DNA of 64,000 nt, taken from positions 32,388 to 96,387 of the forward strand of contig NIVC01003468.1 in NCBI GenBank assembly GCA_002269645.1, in the 5' to 3' direction. This stretch comes from Macrostomum lignano. Its lineage: Eukaryota. The notes beneath the pieces are model-generated. The model ran no database searches and was not told the DNA's origin. It saw only the letters and a program-made list of their open reading frames with translations. The position numbers and the translations under genes were made by a program. Below, in pieces: positions 12,701 to 26,200 of the stretch. Within the stretch, counting starts at the first letter, position 1. Each line of letters begins with the position of its first letter.

Positions 12701-12888
12701 AGCTAAAGCACAGCGGAGATCGAGTCCAGGACTGCGGGGACACGGAGGCTAAAGCACAGCGGAGATCGAGTCCAGGACTGCGGGGACACGGAGCTAAAGC
12801 ACAGCGGAGATCGAGTCCAGGACTGCGGGGACACGGAAGCTAAAGCACAGCGGAGATCGAGTCCAGGACTGCGGGACACGGAAGCTAA

Positions 12889-12945
<57 letters not shown>

Positions 12946-14608
12946 GAACCCGGTGCAGCATCAGCGAAGCCCTTGAGTGGCCCAGTTTGTACCGGCACGG
13001 CCCGTTGTCATAGTGACGAAGAAAGAAGTCGCCCTGCAAAGTAAAAAAGGGCGCGATTTGAGGATTAAAACTAGCAGGCGCAGATGTTGGAGCCTCGGTA
13101 GCTTCGATCCCCGAAAGTGTAAAATCGGTACAATTTCTTCAGTAAAAAGCCCTATATGAAATACTAGACTTAGTGCAGTGCGCAGGCCGCGAATTTCGAT
13201 ACAGACACAGCGAATGCATTCCAATAGGGTAGCGGGCGGCCAGAAAGTGAACTAATCTGGCATGGCATCGGCTCTATTAATAGCAGCCAGACTGTTGAAC
13301 AGATCCAATGCCCAGAATTGAATGCTGCTATTTTTAAGGACTCTGGCACTCAAACCGACAATACAGGAAGCTGTGAGGCTGAGAGCAGCACAAGCATTGC
13401 AGACACGGGCAGAGTTCGATACCTGCAGCCAGCTGCGTGTTGTCAGATATGGCGGCTGGCCCCGGGGAACGGACACAGGCAGATGAAAGATATAAGAATG
13501 AAAGTGGGGGACAGGGAGAGGGGGAGAGGGAGAAGTAGAGACAGGGAGGGAGAAGAGAAAGAGAGAACATGTAGGAGAAGGTGAGAGGGAGGGAGAAGAG
13601 GGAGAAGAGGGAGAAGACGGAGAGGGAAAGGGAGAAGAGGGGGAGAGGGGGCAAGGAGAAGAGAGAGAGAAGAGGGGAGAAGAGGGGGGAGAAGAGAGGG
13701 AGGGAGGGAGAGGAGGAAGGAGAGAGGGATTCAGGGGAAGAGGGGAAACATTGGAAGGAGTAAGGAAAGGAAGGGAGTGGAAGGCATGATACACAATATA
13801 CGTAGGCACTGATAATAAACACAAACTCCAGAAGCAGAGGAGGGCAGAGCAGATCAGCAAACAACAGAGACGAGTGCAACTGATATGAAGAGTTCCGGCC
13901 AAAAGTACAGAGCAGAATGCGCAAAGTACACAGGGTACTCACATCCAGCTTGGCCAGGCAATACCAGCAGAAGATGTGCCTGCACCGTTTGCACATCATC
14001 TGGGCGCATCCGTGATCCCGCTCGATTGGGATGGCGCACACTGGGCACCGCTTCACAGGCGCGTCCTGCGGCTGCGTGAACAAGATGCCGTGCGTCCTGG
14101 CCAGCTGCTGGTCGCAGTCGATGCCGCGGTGCCACTCCAGCTTGCAGCGGGAGCAGAACACCAAGCCGCAGGCCGGGCAGGACACTCGCCAGCCGCGCTC
14201 CGGACGTTTCCGGCGACGCCGGCCTAGCGAGAATTTCCGGTCGCGAGGCCCGGGCACGCTGAAGACGGTCTCGCAGCCGGCTCTGGGGCAGAAGGTGCGC
14301 CTGGGGTCCATTTCAACTTCCTTGAGGAAGCACAGGTGCAAGTAGCGCCTGTACAGCTGGGCAGAGCACAGCGACTCGATCTCGCTGGGGAGCAGCTCGC
14401 CGATGCGGGAGCAGGCGCCGTCTGGGCAGCTGATGAAGCCGACGTTGCCCTCTCTGATCAACAGCGTCACGTAGCGCTCCATGCAGGGCCGGCAGAAGGC
14501 GCAACCGCAGTCTCTTAGCGTCATCATGTCCGACTTAGCAACGTCTTCCATACACAGCTTGCACTGGCTGCGGCCGCTGCGCTTCCTGCCTGACAGCCTC
14601 TGCAGCAT
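9770..14608 (-). CDS. RNF144: RBR-type E3 ubiquitin ligase with C-terminal TM helix, RNF144A/B-like, 3 coding exons
   Basis: Exons 14608-13943, 13033-12944, 10144-9770, all phase-0 GT-AG joins. RING1 [41 protein letters not shown]2 [22 protein letters not shown], then the RNF144-specific [22 protein letters not shown] and [33 protein letters not shown]. Confidence 0.93.
10214..12890 (+). repeat. 45/46-bp minisatellite (GGAAGCTAAAGCACAGCGGAGATCGAGTCCAGGACTGCGGGGACAC), ~58 copies
   Basis: Fills nearly the whole last RNF144 intron (10145-12943). Confidence 0.97.
12891..12942 (+). repeat. (CA)26 microsatellite
   Basis: Counted directly; on the minus strand its first GT is the RNF144 splice donor. 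Confidence 0.97.
13500..13780 (+). repeat. Purine-rich (GA/GGA) low-complexity tract
   Basis: Almost only A/G; within an RNF144 intron. Confidence 0.85.
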
Positions 14609-14624
14609 CTGTCGGCTGCGGGAA

Positions 14625-15480
14625 GGTTGGGCAGTGCAGAGTCAAGGAGGCTGGGTGATGCAGAGTCAAGGAGGCTGGGTGTCGGTGATGCAGAGGCAGG
14701 GAGACTTGATGATGCAGAGTCAGGGAGGCTGGGTGATGCAGAGTCAGGGAGGCTGGGTGATGCAGAGTCAGGGAGGCTAAGTGATGCAGAGGCAAAGAGG
14801 CTAGGTGATGCAGAGTCAGGGAGACTGGGTGATGCAGAGTCAAGGAGGCTGGGTGTCGGTGATGCAGAGGCAAGGAGACTTGATGATGCAAAGTCAGGGA
14901 GGCTGGGTGATGCAGAGTCAGGGAGACTGGGTGGTGCAGAGTCAAGGATACTGGGTGATGCAGAGGCAAAGAGGCTAGGTGATGCAGAGTCAGGTAGACT
15001 GGGTGATGCAGAGTCAAGGAGGCTGGGTGATGCAGAGGCAAAGAGGCTGGGTGATGCAGAGTCAAGGAGGCTGGGTGATGCAGAGTCAAGGAGGCTGGGT
15101 GATGCAGAGTCATGGAGGCTGGTTGATGCAGAGGCAAAGAGGCTAGGTGATGCAGAGTCAAGGAGGCTGGGTGATGCAGACACAGGGAGACTTGATTATA
15201 TAGTGTCAGCGGTTGGGTGATGCAGAGTCAGGACAATAGGTAATGCAGAGTCAGGACAATAGGTGATGCAGAGTCAGGACAATAGGCGATGCAGAGTCAG
15301 GACAATAGGCGATGCAGAGTCAGGACAATAGGTGATGCAGAGTCAGGACAATAGGTGATGCAGAGTCAGGACAATAGGTGATGCAGAGTTAGTGAGACTA
15401 GATGATGCAAAGTCAGGAAAGCTTTGGTAAATGCAGAGACAAATAGTTTGCCAATAGGTGATAAAGGCAAGTAGGCTAGG
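14625..15480 (+). repeat. 24-bp minisatellite (GGCTGGGTGATGCAGAGTCAAGGA) grading into a 23-bp variant
   Basis: GGTGATGCAGAGTCA core shared by both unit types; just upstream of the RNF144 ATG exon. Confidence 0.92.
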
Positions 15481-17208
15481 TGATGCAAAATTAAAAAGGT
15501 ATAATACAAATTCAAGTAAGATAAGCAATGGAAAATGAAGAACAATAGTTGTTAAAGAGAGTTGCAATATAATGGCTTTCAAATTAACTATAGTATTTAT
15601 AAATATTAACAATAATATGAAGGCTATAGTAGTGTTACTTTTCATTATATGTCTTGTTCTAATGATCCGAATAATATCATTTTCTACAAATTTTTAGCGG
15701 CAACTCTTTTCTTTATGTTAACTTTAACATCTTTAAAATCAGACAATGGAAACAAAAGTTATAAACTCAAATGTAGTAGGAGTTTGACCATAGACCTACA
15801 GTAAGTTAAAAAGCTAGCAAAATTTTGAAGTGGAAACTGAAAAAATGGGTAATTGGCTGCAATAAATGTGTACAATAACTGCAGTAAATGACTATATTAA
15901 ACCTATGAGGTCGATGAAAGTTGCTCATGAGTCTTGGCTGCACTGTGCCTTGTCCTCCAAAGGGTATAAATCCCACTTCCCTGAGCAACAGTTGAATGCA
16001 CATCCATGACTTTTGGTGCAGCAAAAGGAGAAAACAAAAAGCAATAAAGCTAAAGCCTAGTGGGAAATATTTGACTGCTTTAAAAGTTTTTGTTTTTCCA
16101 AGTTTTTCTATAGAAGTCTCTGTCAAAGCAGCCTAACAAATAAGTCTGAGTTTATTTAATCAAAAGTACTTTTGCTACTTTATACTAGCTTGTTAACTTA
16201 CTATAAGTTTATAGTCAAGCTCCTACTATATTTTAGTTCATAAATTTTGTTTCTAGTGTCTAATTTTAAAGATCTTAAAGTTAATTAAAGAAGAGAATTG
16301 CTGCTATAAATTTGTGCAAAATGATATTATTTGGATCATTATAATGAGAGATATAATGAAAAATAACACTACTTTTAGGACAGCCCTTAAATATTAAAAC
16401 TAAATAACTTTTCTTATCAAAATTAGATAATTTTTATAAGCTATATTATAAATAACTAAAAGGAATTTTAGTATATATATTTGATTTTATTAGAATTTCT
16501 TACAACTAGGCCTATATTATAACAATAAATAAAGATTAACTTTAGACCCTCGATATACATGTGATCTAGCTGGTCATAATGCGGATAAAGAGTAAGAAGT
16601 AATCCAAAAAACAAAAGTATCCACTTACTTGCTTAAGTTTTAGTAAAACTACTATGGACTTGATAAATTGTCTTAGCAAATGTACCACCACCAAATTATA
16701 AAATTGAAGTTGTATGTTTGTGAAAATTAATTAAAGCACGAAAATTAGATTTTTAGCTGAATTTTCTATTTATGTATTACTGCTATAAATGAAAAAAAAT
16801 GAATTTATTCTAAAGAATACTCATATCATATAGTTACACTTAAAAGTTACAAGTTTTTGTAGATTTGTTTTACTTGTTAATATATTTACAGCGATAACTT
16901 TTAACTTTTGTCCTGCTGAATTTTCAACGTCGATGTGCTTTTGGCTTAAGCCAGACAGGTGTTGTAGGTTAGTTCTCGGTCATCGAATCGCAGGTAATAA
17001 ATGCCTGCAAAAAGTATTATATTTACATATGTATGAACTATTCAGGTTAGATCGCCTCTATATAACTAAACCTGACACTGGAAGCAGGTTTTAACTGTCA
17101 ATTTTTTTTGCAATTGACATAAGTCGCTAAAATCTCGAATCCCTTTGAAAGAGTGTACAACACTTGCATCAATACCCAAGTTTGCAAGATAATCGTATAA
17201 AATATATA

Positions 17209-20200
17209 ATGGCTGACTTAGAAGCAGTATTGGCTGATGTCAGTTTTCTTATGGCAATGGAAAAATCAAAATCAACTCCAGCTGCCCGAGCTAGCAAGAA
17301 AATTACTCTTCCTGATCCAAGGTAAGTCAAAAACTTATTCAGAAAATTGATCGAATTCAAAACTAAATTAAGTTACTGATACTTCTAGACTGCTTTATAG
17401 AAGTTTTCTAAAAACTATTAGGTTTTTCACAACCAAAATATCAAAGAGTGAGTTATTGTTAACTACTTCCTTTGATTTTCTACTCCTTTTTCTTGCATTA
17501 GCAATGATGGCTTTTTCATATGACTTCACTTAGGGCATGTCAATAACGAAATAATTAATGAGCTCTGAGTTTGAACTCAGGATTTCTCGCTTTCACATAC
17601 TTTCTAGCTTAGAGTTTTTGTTTTTATTTTTAACTTTTTAATTTAATATTTAAAATTAAAAAGTGATATCAATGCGTACAAGCCAGGCTTGGGAAATATT
17701 GAATTTTTTGCTTTCAAATTTTTAGCATTCGAAGCGTGATGATCAAGTACCTCAGCAAGACTGGCGAAATCACATTCGACAAGATCTTCAACCAACGCCT
17801 TGGCTTTCTGCTCTTCAAAGAATTTGTAGAGCAGCAAATGGAGGAGCTCGCCCAGGTGCTCTCCTTCTACGAGGAGGTACAAAAATTCGAAGAGCTCGAC
17901 TGCGAAGAGATGCGCCTGAAGCTGGGGAGGAACATATACGACTCCTTCATCATGCAGGAACTGCTGGCTCAAAGCCACCGCTTCAGCATGTCGCTGGTGA
18001 AAAATGTCCAGGAACTGCTCACGGCCTCTCGTCGGTCCAACTTCCTGCCGCAGGACACTTTCCGGCCGTACACCGCGGAAATCCGCGACGTCCTCGAGAA
18101 GGAGGGCTTTGAGCCGTTCCTCAAATCGGACAGGTTCACCGCTTCTGCCAGTGGAAGAACCTGGAGCTGAACATTAATGTGAGCATTGGGCTGGTCCCAT
18201 CGGGTGCGGGTTGGCGCAGCACTCTGAGGTTGTAAAAGAGTTAAGTTTCCAATTTTGCTGTTATTGCCAGCAACAATTTCTGTTATCAACATCATACTTT
18301 ACAGTCACTCAGCCCTGAATATCTCGCGCTTTCAGGCTGTCGTGTAGTGAAGTTTCTCCATTGCCACTCCCGTCCAATTAGGCTTGATGCTGGTCAGGGC
18401 AAGTAAACATATTTGTAAACATTCATGGCGTTTTTTCATAAAATTCTGCACAGAGAGCTCTGAAGATAACCAATGTTAAGTTTAGAAGTTCCCTGCTCCT
18501 GGATCTGCTTCCAGCCAGTCTGAGCGGGTGAGTCATAAAACTGAGTGCAGGTGCAACAGCCTCCCCAAATTCCGTACCCAGATCCAGGGCCCTCCCCAGG
18601 CCCAGGGCAATTGGAAGTTTCCATAAAATTGCATGGCTGCGCGGTATCCCTTTTAGCTGACTTCGTGAGTTTGTTTTACCAGCTCATATTTTTTAATTTG
18701 AATTCGTGCAATTCCAATTCAATTCCCCCCTCGTGCTCAAATGCTCACCGGTACAGCTGCACTCAGGCAACAATTATAGAATTGAGTAAGGTTGTAAAAT
18801 CGTCATTGTAAAACTGCAACATTGCTGTTGTTGCTACTGCGCCATAATATCAGTGGCGGCAAGGGGAGGGGCGGCTGTTTCAGTCTGAGCAGGGCACGAG
18901 GATTCAATTTGCCTCCCCCACCCGCCGGTCTCAAGCTGCACTTCCGCCCTTGCCCGGCTTCCGGCCGACTACAAGAGGCCAAAAGTGTCTCCCCGAAGCG
19001 CCTGCCTGGACGCAGCCGGGCCCGCAGCCCGCCTTAAGCAGCTTTTGAGCTGCAGGGCGAAGAAAAAATTGCCAAACGAGCCCCATCCCCCCCCCAGCGA
19101 AGGGGATTAAAGAAGGCCGATGAGGGATTCGTTTGTGCGAAGCCATCAGAGTTGTCAGTCAGAGCTGCTAATGCTGGTCTGGGTTGAGGCCTCCCTCCCG
19201 CTGTCATTCTCGCCCCGCGTGCGCAACTTTGTCCTGCCTCAAGAGCCACAAAGCGAGCGAGAGGATCGCGAGTAGTCGGCAAAGTGAGAGGGTGGCAAAA
19301 TAAGGGAGGGGCCGCCGGGATCGGGCTCGCCTCCTTCGCCTTACCTGTCCGACTGCCTCTTTTTTTAGCCAATCGATTATCCGCGCCCTGCTCACAGGGG
19401 TGGCTGGCGATCGAGAGCTCGGTGCGACAGTGGGGGCGGGGAGGCGCACATAGCAGAGGGAGGCTCTGCTTCTCAAAGAAGCCGCTGCAGGCCACATCGT
19501 TCTCTTGTCCCCTTAGGAGAGACCCGCGTCTTTATGGGAGTCTGCATGAGACTCAACATGTCTCATTGAGTCTGCATGCGACTGAACATGTCTCATTGTG
19601 AGTCTGCATGAGACTGAACATGGTGCATTGTGAGTCTGCATGAGACTGAACATGTCTCATTGTGAGTCTGCATGAGACTGAACATAGTGCATTGTGAGTC
19701 TGCATGAGACTGAACATGTCTCATTGTGAGTCTGCATGAGACTGAACATAGTGCATTGTGAGTCTGCATGAGACTGAACATGTCTCATTGTGAGTCTGCA
19801 TGAGACTGAACATAGTGCATTGTGAGTCTGCATGAGACTGAACATGTCTCATTGTGAGTCTGCATGAGACTGAACATAGTGCATTGTGAGTCTGCATGAG
19901 ACTGAACATGTCTCATTGTGAGTCTGCATGAGACTGAACATAGTGCATTGTGAGTCTGCATGAGACTGAACATGTCTCATTGTGAGTCTGCATGAGACTG
20001 AACATAGTGCATTGTGAGTCTGCATGAGACTGAACATGTCTCATTGTGAGTCTGCATGAGACTGAACATGTGCATTGTGAGTCTGCATGAGACTGGAACA
20101 TGTCTCATTGTGAGTCTGCATGAGACTGAACATAGTGCATTGTGAGTCTGCATGAGACTGAACATGTCTCATTGTGAGTCTGCATGAGACTGAACATAGT

Positions 20201-23200
20201 GCATTGTGAGTCTGCATGAGACTGAACATGTCTCATTGTGAGTCTGCATGAGACTGAACATAGTGCATTGTGAGTCTGCATGCGACTGAACATGTCTCAT
20301 TGTGAGTCTGCATGAGACTGAACATGGTGCATTGTGAGTCTGCATGAGACTCACATGTCTCATTGTGAGTCTGCATGAGACTGAACATAGTGCATTGTGA
20401 GTCTGCATGAGACTGAACATGTCTCATTGTGAGTCTGCATGAGACTGAACATAGTGCATTGTGAGTCTGCATGAGACTGAACATGTCTCATTGTGAGTCT
20501 GCATGAGACTGAACATAGTGCATTGTGAGTCTGCATGAGACTGAACATGTCTCATTGTGAGTCTGCATGAGACTGAACATGTCTCATTGTGAGTCTGAAT
20601 GAGACTGAACATAGTGCATTGTGAGTCTGCATGAGACTGAACATGGTGCATTGTGAGTCTGCATGCATCAATACAGCTCAATATTCCACACGTTTCTGAG
20701 CGGAGACTATTCTGTTTCTGCGCATGTGAATTGGTGTGGGTGTTGCCTGTTCTGTAGGCGGTGCGATTTTGTATCATTTTGTGCTGCGCATGTTTGAATG
20801 GGCAATTAGGGGAACTGCTCAAGCCTGCACTTGTACAGAAAGGCCAACCATACCCGCCCGCTCAGCCCTGGTTCGGTCTCATGGCGCAGGCCGGACTCAA
20901 ACAAACACAGATGATAAAAATGGATGAACTGCTGCAGCGGGCAGCGGCAATTCTGCGCCCTTTTAAGGTCTGGCGAACAGCTTACTAAAAACAGCTGCTG
21001 TCTTACCCTCTCCAGACTGTGCTGATCCCCTGCCCCGGTCTTCCCTACCGGCCCTCGCCTGGCTCCCATAATGCCGCAATTTGATTTACTGCTTGCCGCT
21101 TGTTTGATCAAAATCGGGTGGCTCTGAGGGGCCGCTGGGAGCTGCCGGCGGGGGGGGGGGCAGCAGGCTCCGCCAGAGCGCAGGAGAAAGGGGCGCTGAG
21201 CCGGAGGGGGGGCGCGAAGTCGCAGCCGCCTTGCTGTTGTTGCTGAGAGAGCCGCCCGCCAGCTTTTATGATCGCGCCGGTCTCCCCTATTCAGCCCGGC
21301 GGCTCTATTTTTAATGCTCATTGATGCCGGTCAGGCTGATCGGTGCCGCTGCTAATGGAGAGCCGCTCTGTTTAATAATGAGTTCTATCTGTCCTTAATA
21401 TGCCTTCTCAACCCTGGGCTGGGGAGCCGCATTTTCGAGTAACAACACGCATGAAGGCTATGATGCTAGGGATGCAGGTGGAGAGTTCAGACCCCCAATC
21501 CACACTCTCACATCAGACGCACCTGTCTGCACACCTGGCCATCTTGCAGCGGCTTTGGTTGTGCATTCATGCACTTGCAGTCTGAGGTTCTACGGGGTTG
21601 TGGCCCCGTGGTCAGAGCGTCGGACTCACGACTTGAAGGTCGGGGGTTCGATTCCCGATCCCACTCGGAACTATATATTATGAGCAAGACATTATGTTGC
21701 TTCAGTTCACCCAGCTGTAAAATGGGTGCCAGCATTAGCCGGGGTAATTGAGGGTGAGTGTGGCGACCCTCCAGTCCTTGGACTGAACGGCCGCACGCAG
21801 ATACTTCAGATGCGCCGCGCAATAGCTGCGACTGAGCTGTCGGCTGCACATCTGGCCCAATTGGGCAATTATTATTTTAACGGGACGAAAACCCCAGCTA
21901 AAAAGGAGAACTTTCAAATTTTTCCCGCAGCTGACTATGAACGACTTCAGCGTGCATCGGATCATCGGTCGCGGCGGGTTCGGCGAGGTGTACGGCTGTC
22001 GCAAGGCCGACACGGGCAAGATGTACGCCATGAAGTGCTTGGACAAGAAGCGAATCAAGCTGAAAGGCGGCGAGACTCTGGCGCTGAACGAGCGGATTAT
22101 GCTCTCCCTGGTGAGCACGGGGGACAGCTGCCCCTTCATCGTCTGCATGACCTACGCCTTCCAGACCAACGAGAAGCTGTGCTTCATCCTGGACCTCATG
22201 AACGGCGGCGACCTGCACTACCACCTGTCCCAGCACGGCGTGTTCGCTGAGAAGGAGGTGAAATTTTACGCAGCTGAGGTCATCCTGGGTCTTGAGCACA
22301 TGCACTCCAGGTTCGTGGTCTATAGAGATCTCAAGGTGAGTCCGAAGGTGGCACCGAGAGTTGATAAACTGGAATTCAAATATTCACCGCTGGGTGACCC
22401 CAATGTTCAAGGTGCGATGCTGGTAGGTTGGGAACTGGGACTGCAGATAGACAATCCAAATGGTAGGTTGGGACTGGGACTTCAGATTGACATCCCAAAT
22501 GGTAGGTTGGGACTGGGACTTCAGATTGACATCCCAAATGGTAGGTTGGGACTGGGACTTCAGATTGACATCCCAAATGGTAGGTTGGGACTGGGACTGC
22601 AGATAGACAATCCAAATGGTAGGTTGGGAACTGGGACTGCAGATAGACAATCCAAATGGTAGGTTGGGACTGGGACTGCAGATAGACAATCCAAATGGTA
22701 GGTTGGGACTGGGACTTCAGATAGACAATCCAAATGGTAGGTTGGGACTGGGACTTCAGATTGACATCCCAAATGGTAGGTTGGGACTGGGACTTCAGAT
22801 TGACATCCTAGTTGATCATTGAGATTAGAATCAGGGAATTTTTCTGTTTAAGATTCAAAAGGTTTTAATTATTGCAATCACGGGTCGCGAATTCAGTCCT
22901 CAGATCTGGGCGGAGCTCCGGGATCAGGGCTCAGTATTTTTGCGGTCTCCAAGAATCGACCCTGGCATGCATGAGCACCGGGAAGTTTTCTTCGCACTGT
23001 GCTCCTTATGCCTCTGCATCTCTTCTCAGCTTCTTAGTTTCCAGCGCCACGAACCCGCACAGCCCTGCTGTCGGCTCCCTAATGATGAGAGCTAGTTTTT
23101 AAAAATTGTTCGCTCAACTGCATCTCCTGATCCACGGCCTCCCGTCACCTCCCGCTGTCCCCAAAGTGCGGCAGCCGCCCGCGTGAGCGCCTGTTTCGAA

Positions 23201-26200
23201 TCTTAATCTCCCTCACTGCTCCCGCGCCTAATCCTAATCCCTTATTCCTTGATCTGTTCTTATCCGACTCTCAGCCCCTGCCCCTCCCCCCCCCTGACGG
23301 AGGCGGGAGAGGGGTCGAGAGCGTTTCCTGAGCCCGGCCACTAGACTCCGGCACTGACTTCCGGCTCCTTCTCTGACGCTTTCTGACGCCGATCGCTGCG
23401 TTGAAAGAGAGGGAGGGGGTGGGGCCAATAAGGAAATTGGGAAAACGGGAAAATCTGCAGACTCCAATTCGAAGTGTTTTTGAGTTGTCTGACCTGTGAT
23501 TGGATTTATTTCGAAATTGTTTACGCCTTGAAGGTCACCAGTCTAATTGTTTTGAAAGACTTTTTATAGAAGAAAAACATGCTTGTAGTGCATTGGGCGA
23601 AACCCAGGATGGAATCTTACGCGGAGGCAGTGGCATCTCAACTAGAGGAAATGGGATCTCAATTAGAGGCAGAGGGATCTCCATTAGAGGCAGTGGGATC
23701 TCAATTAGAGGCAGTGGGATCTCAATTAGAGGCAGTGGGATCTCAATTAGAGGCAGTGGGATCTCCATTAGAGGCAGTGGCATCTCAACTAGAGGAAATG
23801 GGATCTCAATTAGAGGCAGTGGGATCTCAATTAGAGGCAGTGGGATCTCCATTAGAGGCAGTGGGATCTCAATTAGAGGCAGTGGGATCTCAATTAGAGG
23901 CAGTGGGACCTCCATTAGAGGCAGTGGGATCTCCATTAGAGGCAGTGGGGTCTCCATTAGAGGCAGTGGGATCTCCATTAGAGGCAGAGGGACCTCCATT
24001 AGAGGCAGTGGGATCTCCATTAGAGGCAGTGGGGTCTCCATTAGAGGCAGTGGGATCTCCATTAGAGGCAGTGGGACCTCCATTAGAGGCAGTGGGATCT
24101 CCATTAGAGGCAGTGGGATCTCCATTAGAGGCAGTGGGACCTCCATTAGAGGCAGTGGGATCTCCATTAGAGGCAGTGGCATCTCTATTAGAGGCAGTGG
24201 GATCTCAATTAGAGGCAGTGGGACTTTCATTAGAGGCAGTGGGACCTCCATTAGAGGCGATCTGAAGAAGACAGCAGCGGCAGGATCTCCTGCTCCCCGC
24301 AGCCCGCCAACATCCTGCTGGACGAGAACGGCCACGTCCGCATCAGCGACCTCGGCCTCGCTTGCGACTTCTCGCGCAAGAAGCCGCACGCGAGCGTCGG
24401 CACGCACGGCTACATGGCGCCGGAGGTGTTGCAGAAGGGCGCCGCCTACGACAGCTCGGCGGACTGGTTCAGCCTAGGCTGCATGCTGTACAAGCTGCTC
24501 AAGGGCCACAGCCCGTTCAGGCATCACAAGACTCGGGACAAACACGAGATCGACCGTATGACGCTGACCGTCAGCCCGGACCTCACCGACTCCGCGTCGC
24601 CGGAGATCCGCGCCCTGCTGGAGGGCCTCCTGGCCAGAGACGTCGATCAGCGCCTCGGCTGTCGGGGCCGCGGCGCCGCCGAAGTCAAGGAGCATCCGTT
24701 CTTCGCCGGCATCGACTGGACGCAGGTGTACCTGCAGAAGTACCCGGCGCCATTGGTGCCACCGCGGGGCGAGGTCAACGCACACGACGCCTTCGACATC
24801 GGCTCCTTCGACGAGGAGGACACCAAGGGTGAGGGAGAGCGTCTTGGTTCAGTGATGAAGTCGGAAAGCAGGGGTCTCAACTATCCATTATTTGTAAGTT
24901 TAGGATGATGGAGTGCAGAGTCTTAGATGGTGATGTTTTTTGAATATGGGACAATGAACCATCTGGGAGTATAGAGCCTATCGAGACTGGGATGATGCAG
25001 CTTGGAGAGGCTGAGATAACTTAACTATGGAGTCTGGGATGCCATAGCTGAAGGAGTCTGGGATGCCATAGCTGAAGGAGTCTGGGATGCCATAGCTGAA
25101 GGAGTCTGGGATGCCATAGCTGAAGGAGTCTGGGATGCCATAGCTGAAGGAGTCTAGAATGATGAGCCTAAGAAGTTTGGAGTCATGGTGGGCCTAGGGA
25201 GTCTATGATGATGAAGCTTAGAGAGATGTTGGATGATGGAGCCCTAAGGAAGCTGGAATGATGGAGTGAGGAGTCTGGGATGGTTGAGCTTAAAATATGG
25301 TGTGATAAAGCCTAAAGAATCAGTTGCAGTGATAGCCTAGAACTCCTGGCTCACTCCTCCCCATCCCAGGCATCAAGCTGACGGACATCGATCAGCAGCT
25401 GTATCGCAACTTCCCCCTTGTCGTGTCCGAGCGCTGGCAGCTGGAGGTATCCGAGACAGTGTTCAAGGTGGTCAACCAAGACATGGACAAGGCCGAACTG
25501 AAGCGCAAAGCCAAGCGGGACGACAGCGGCGAGCTGGCCGCAGACTCCGACTGCATCGTGGAGGGCGAGGTGCAGCGCCTGGGCGGGCCGTTCCTGCAAT
25601 CCTGGCAGAAGAAGCACCTTAAGCTGTTCCCGAACAGGCTGGAGTTCCACAGCAAGTCACGCGACAGCGTCCTGCTGAAGAAAAGCGCCGAGCTCATCAG
25701 CATGTTCGACATCAAGGACATTTGTCCAGAGTTTCAGAAGCTTAACAAGTACGAGAATTGCATCGTCATCAACTTGAAGTCCGACCAGAAGGTGTACATT
25801 ACATCGCCGGTAGGTTGCTGATAAAATGCAGAAAAGTATCGGAACTGAGGGAGTAGATGTACAATTGTACATTGCGAAGGGCAGAAAAGTATCGGAACTG
25901 AGGGAGTAGATGTACAATTGTACATTGCGAAGGGCAGAAAAGTATCGGAACTGAGGGAGTAGATGTACAATTGTACATTGCGAAGGGCAGAAAAGTATCG
26001 GAACTGAGGGAGTAGATGTAAAATTGTACATTGCGAAGGGCAGAAAAGTATCGGAACTGAGGGAGTAGATGTACAATTGTACATTGCGAAGGGCAGAAAA
26101 GTATCGGAACTGAGGGAGTAGATGTACAATTGTACATTGCGAAGAGCAGAAAAGTATCGGAACTGAGGGAGTAGATGTACAATTGTAGATTGCAAAGGGC

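Noticed and set aside
21594-21666. Functional tRNA gene (CAC anticodon-like loop)
   Set aside because: Acceptor and T stems do not pair properly, and the sequence continues into a body shared with a second dispersed copy, so it is a SINE head.
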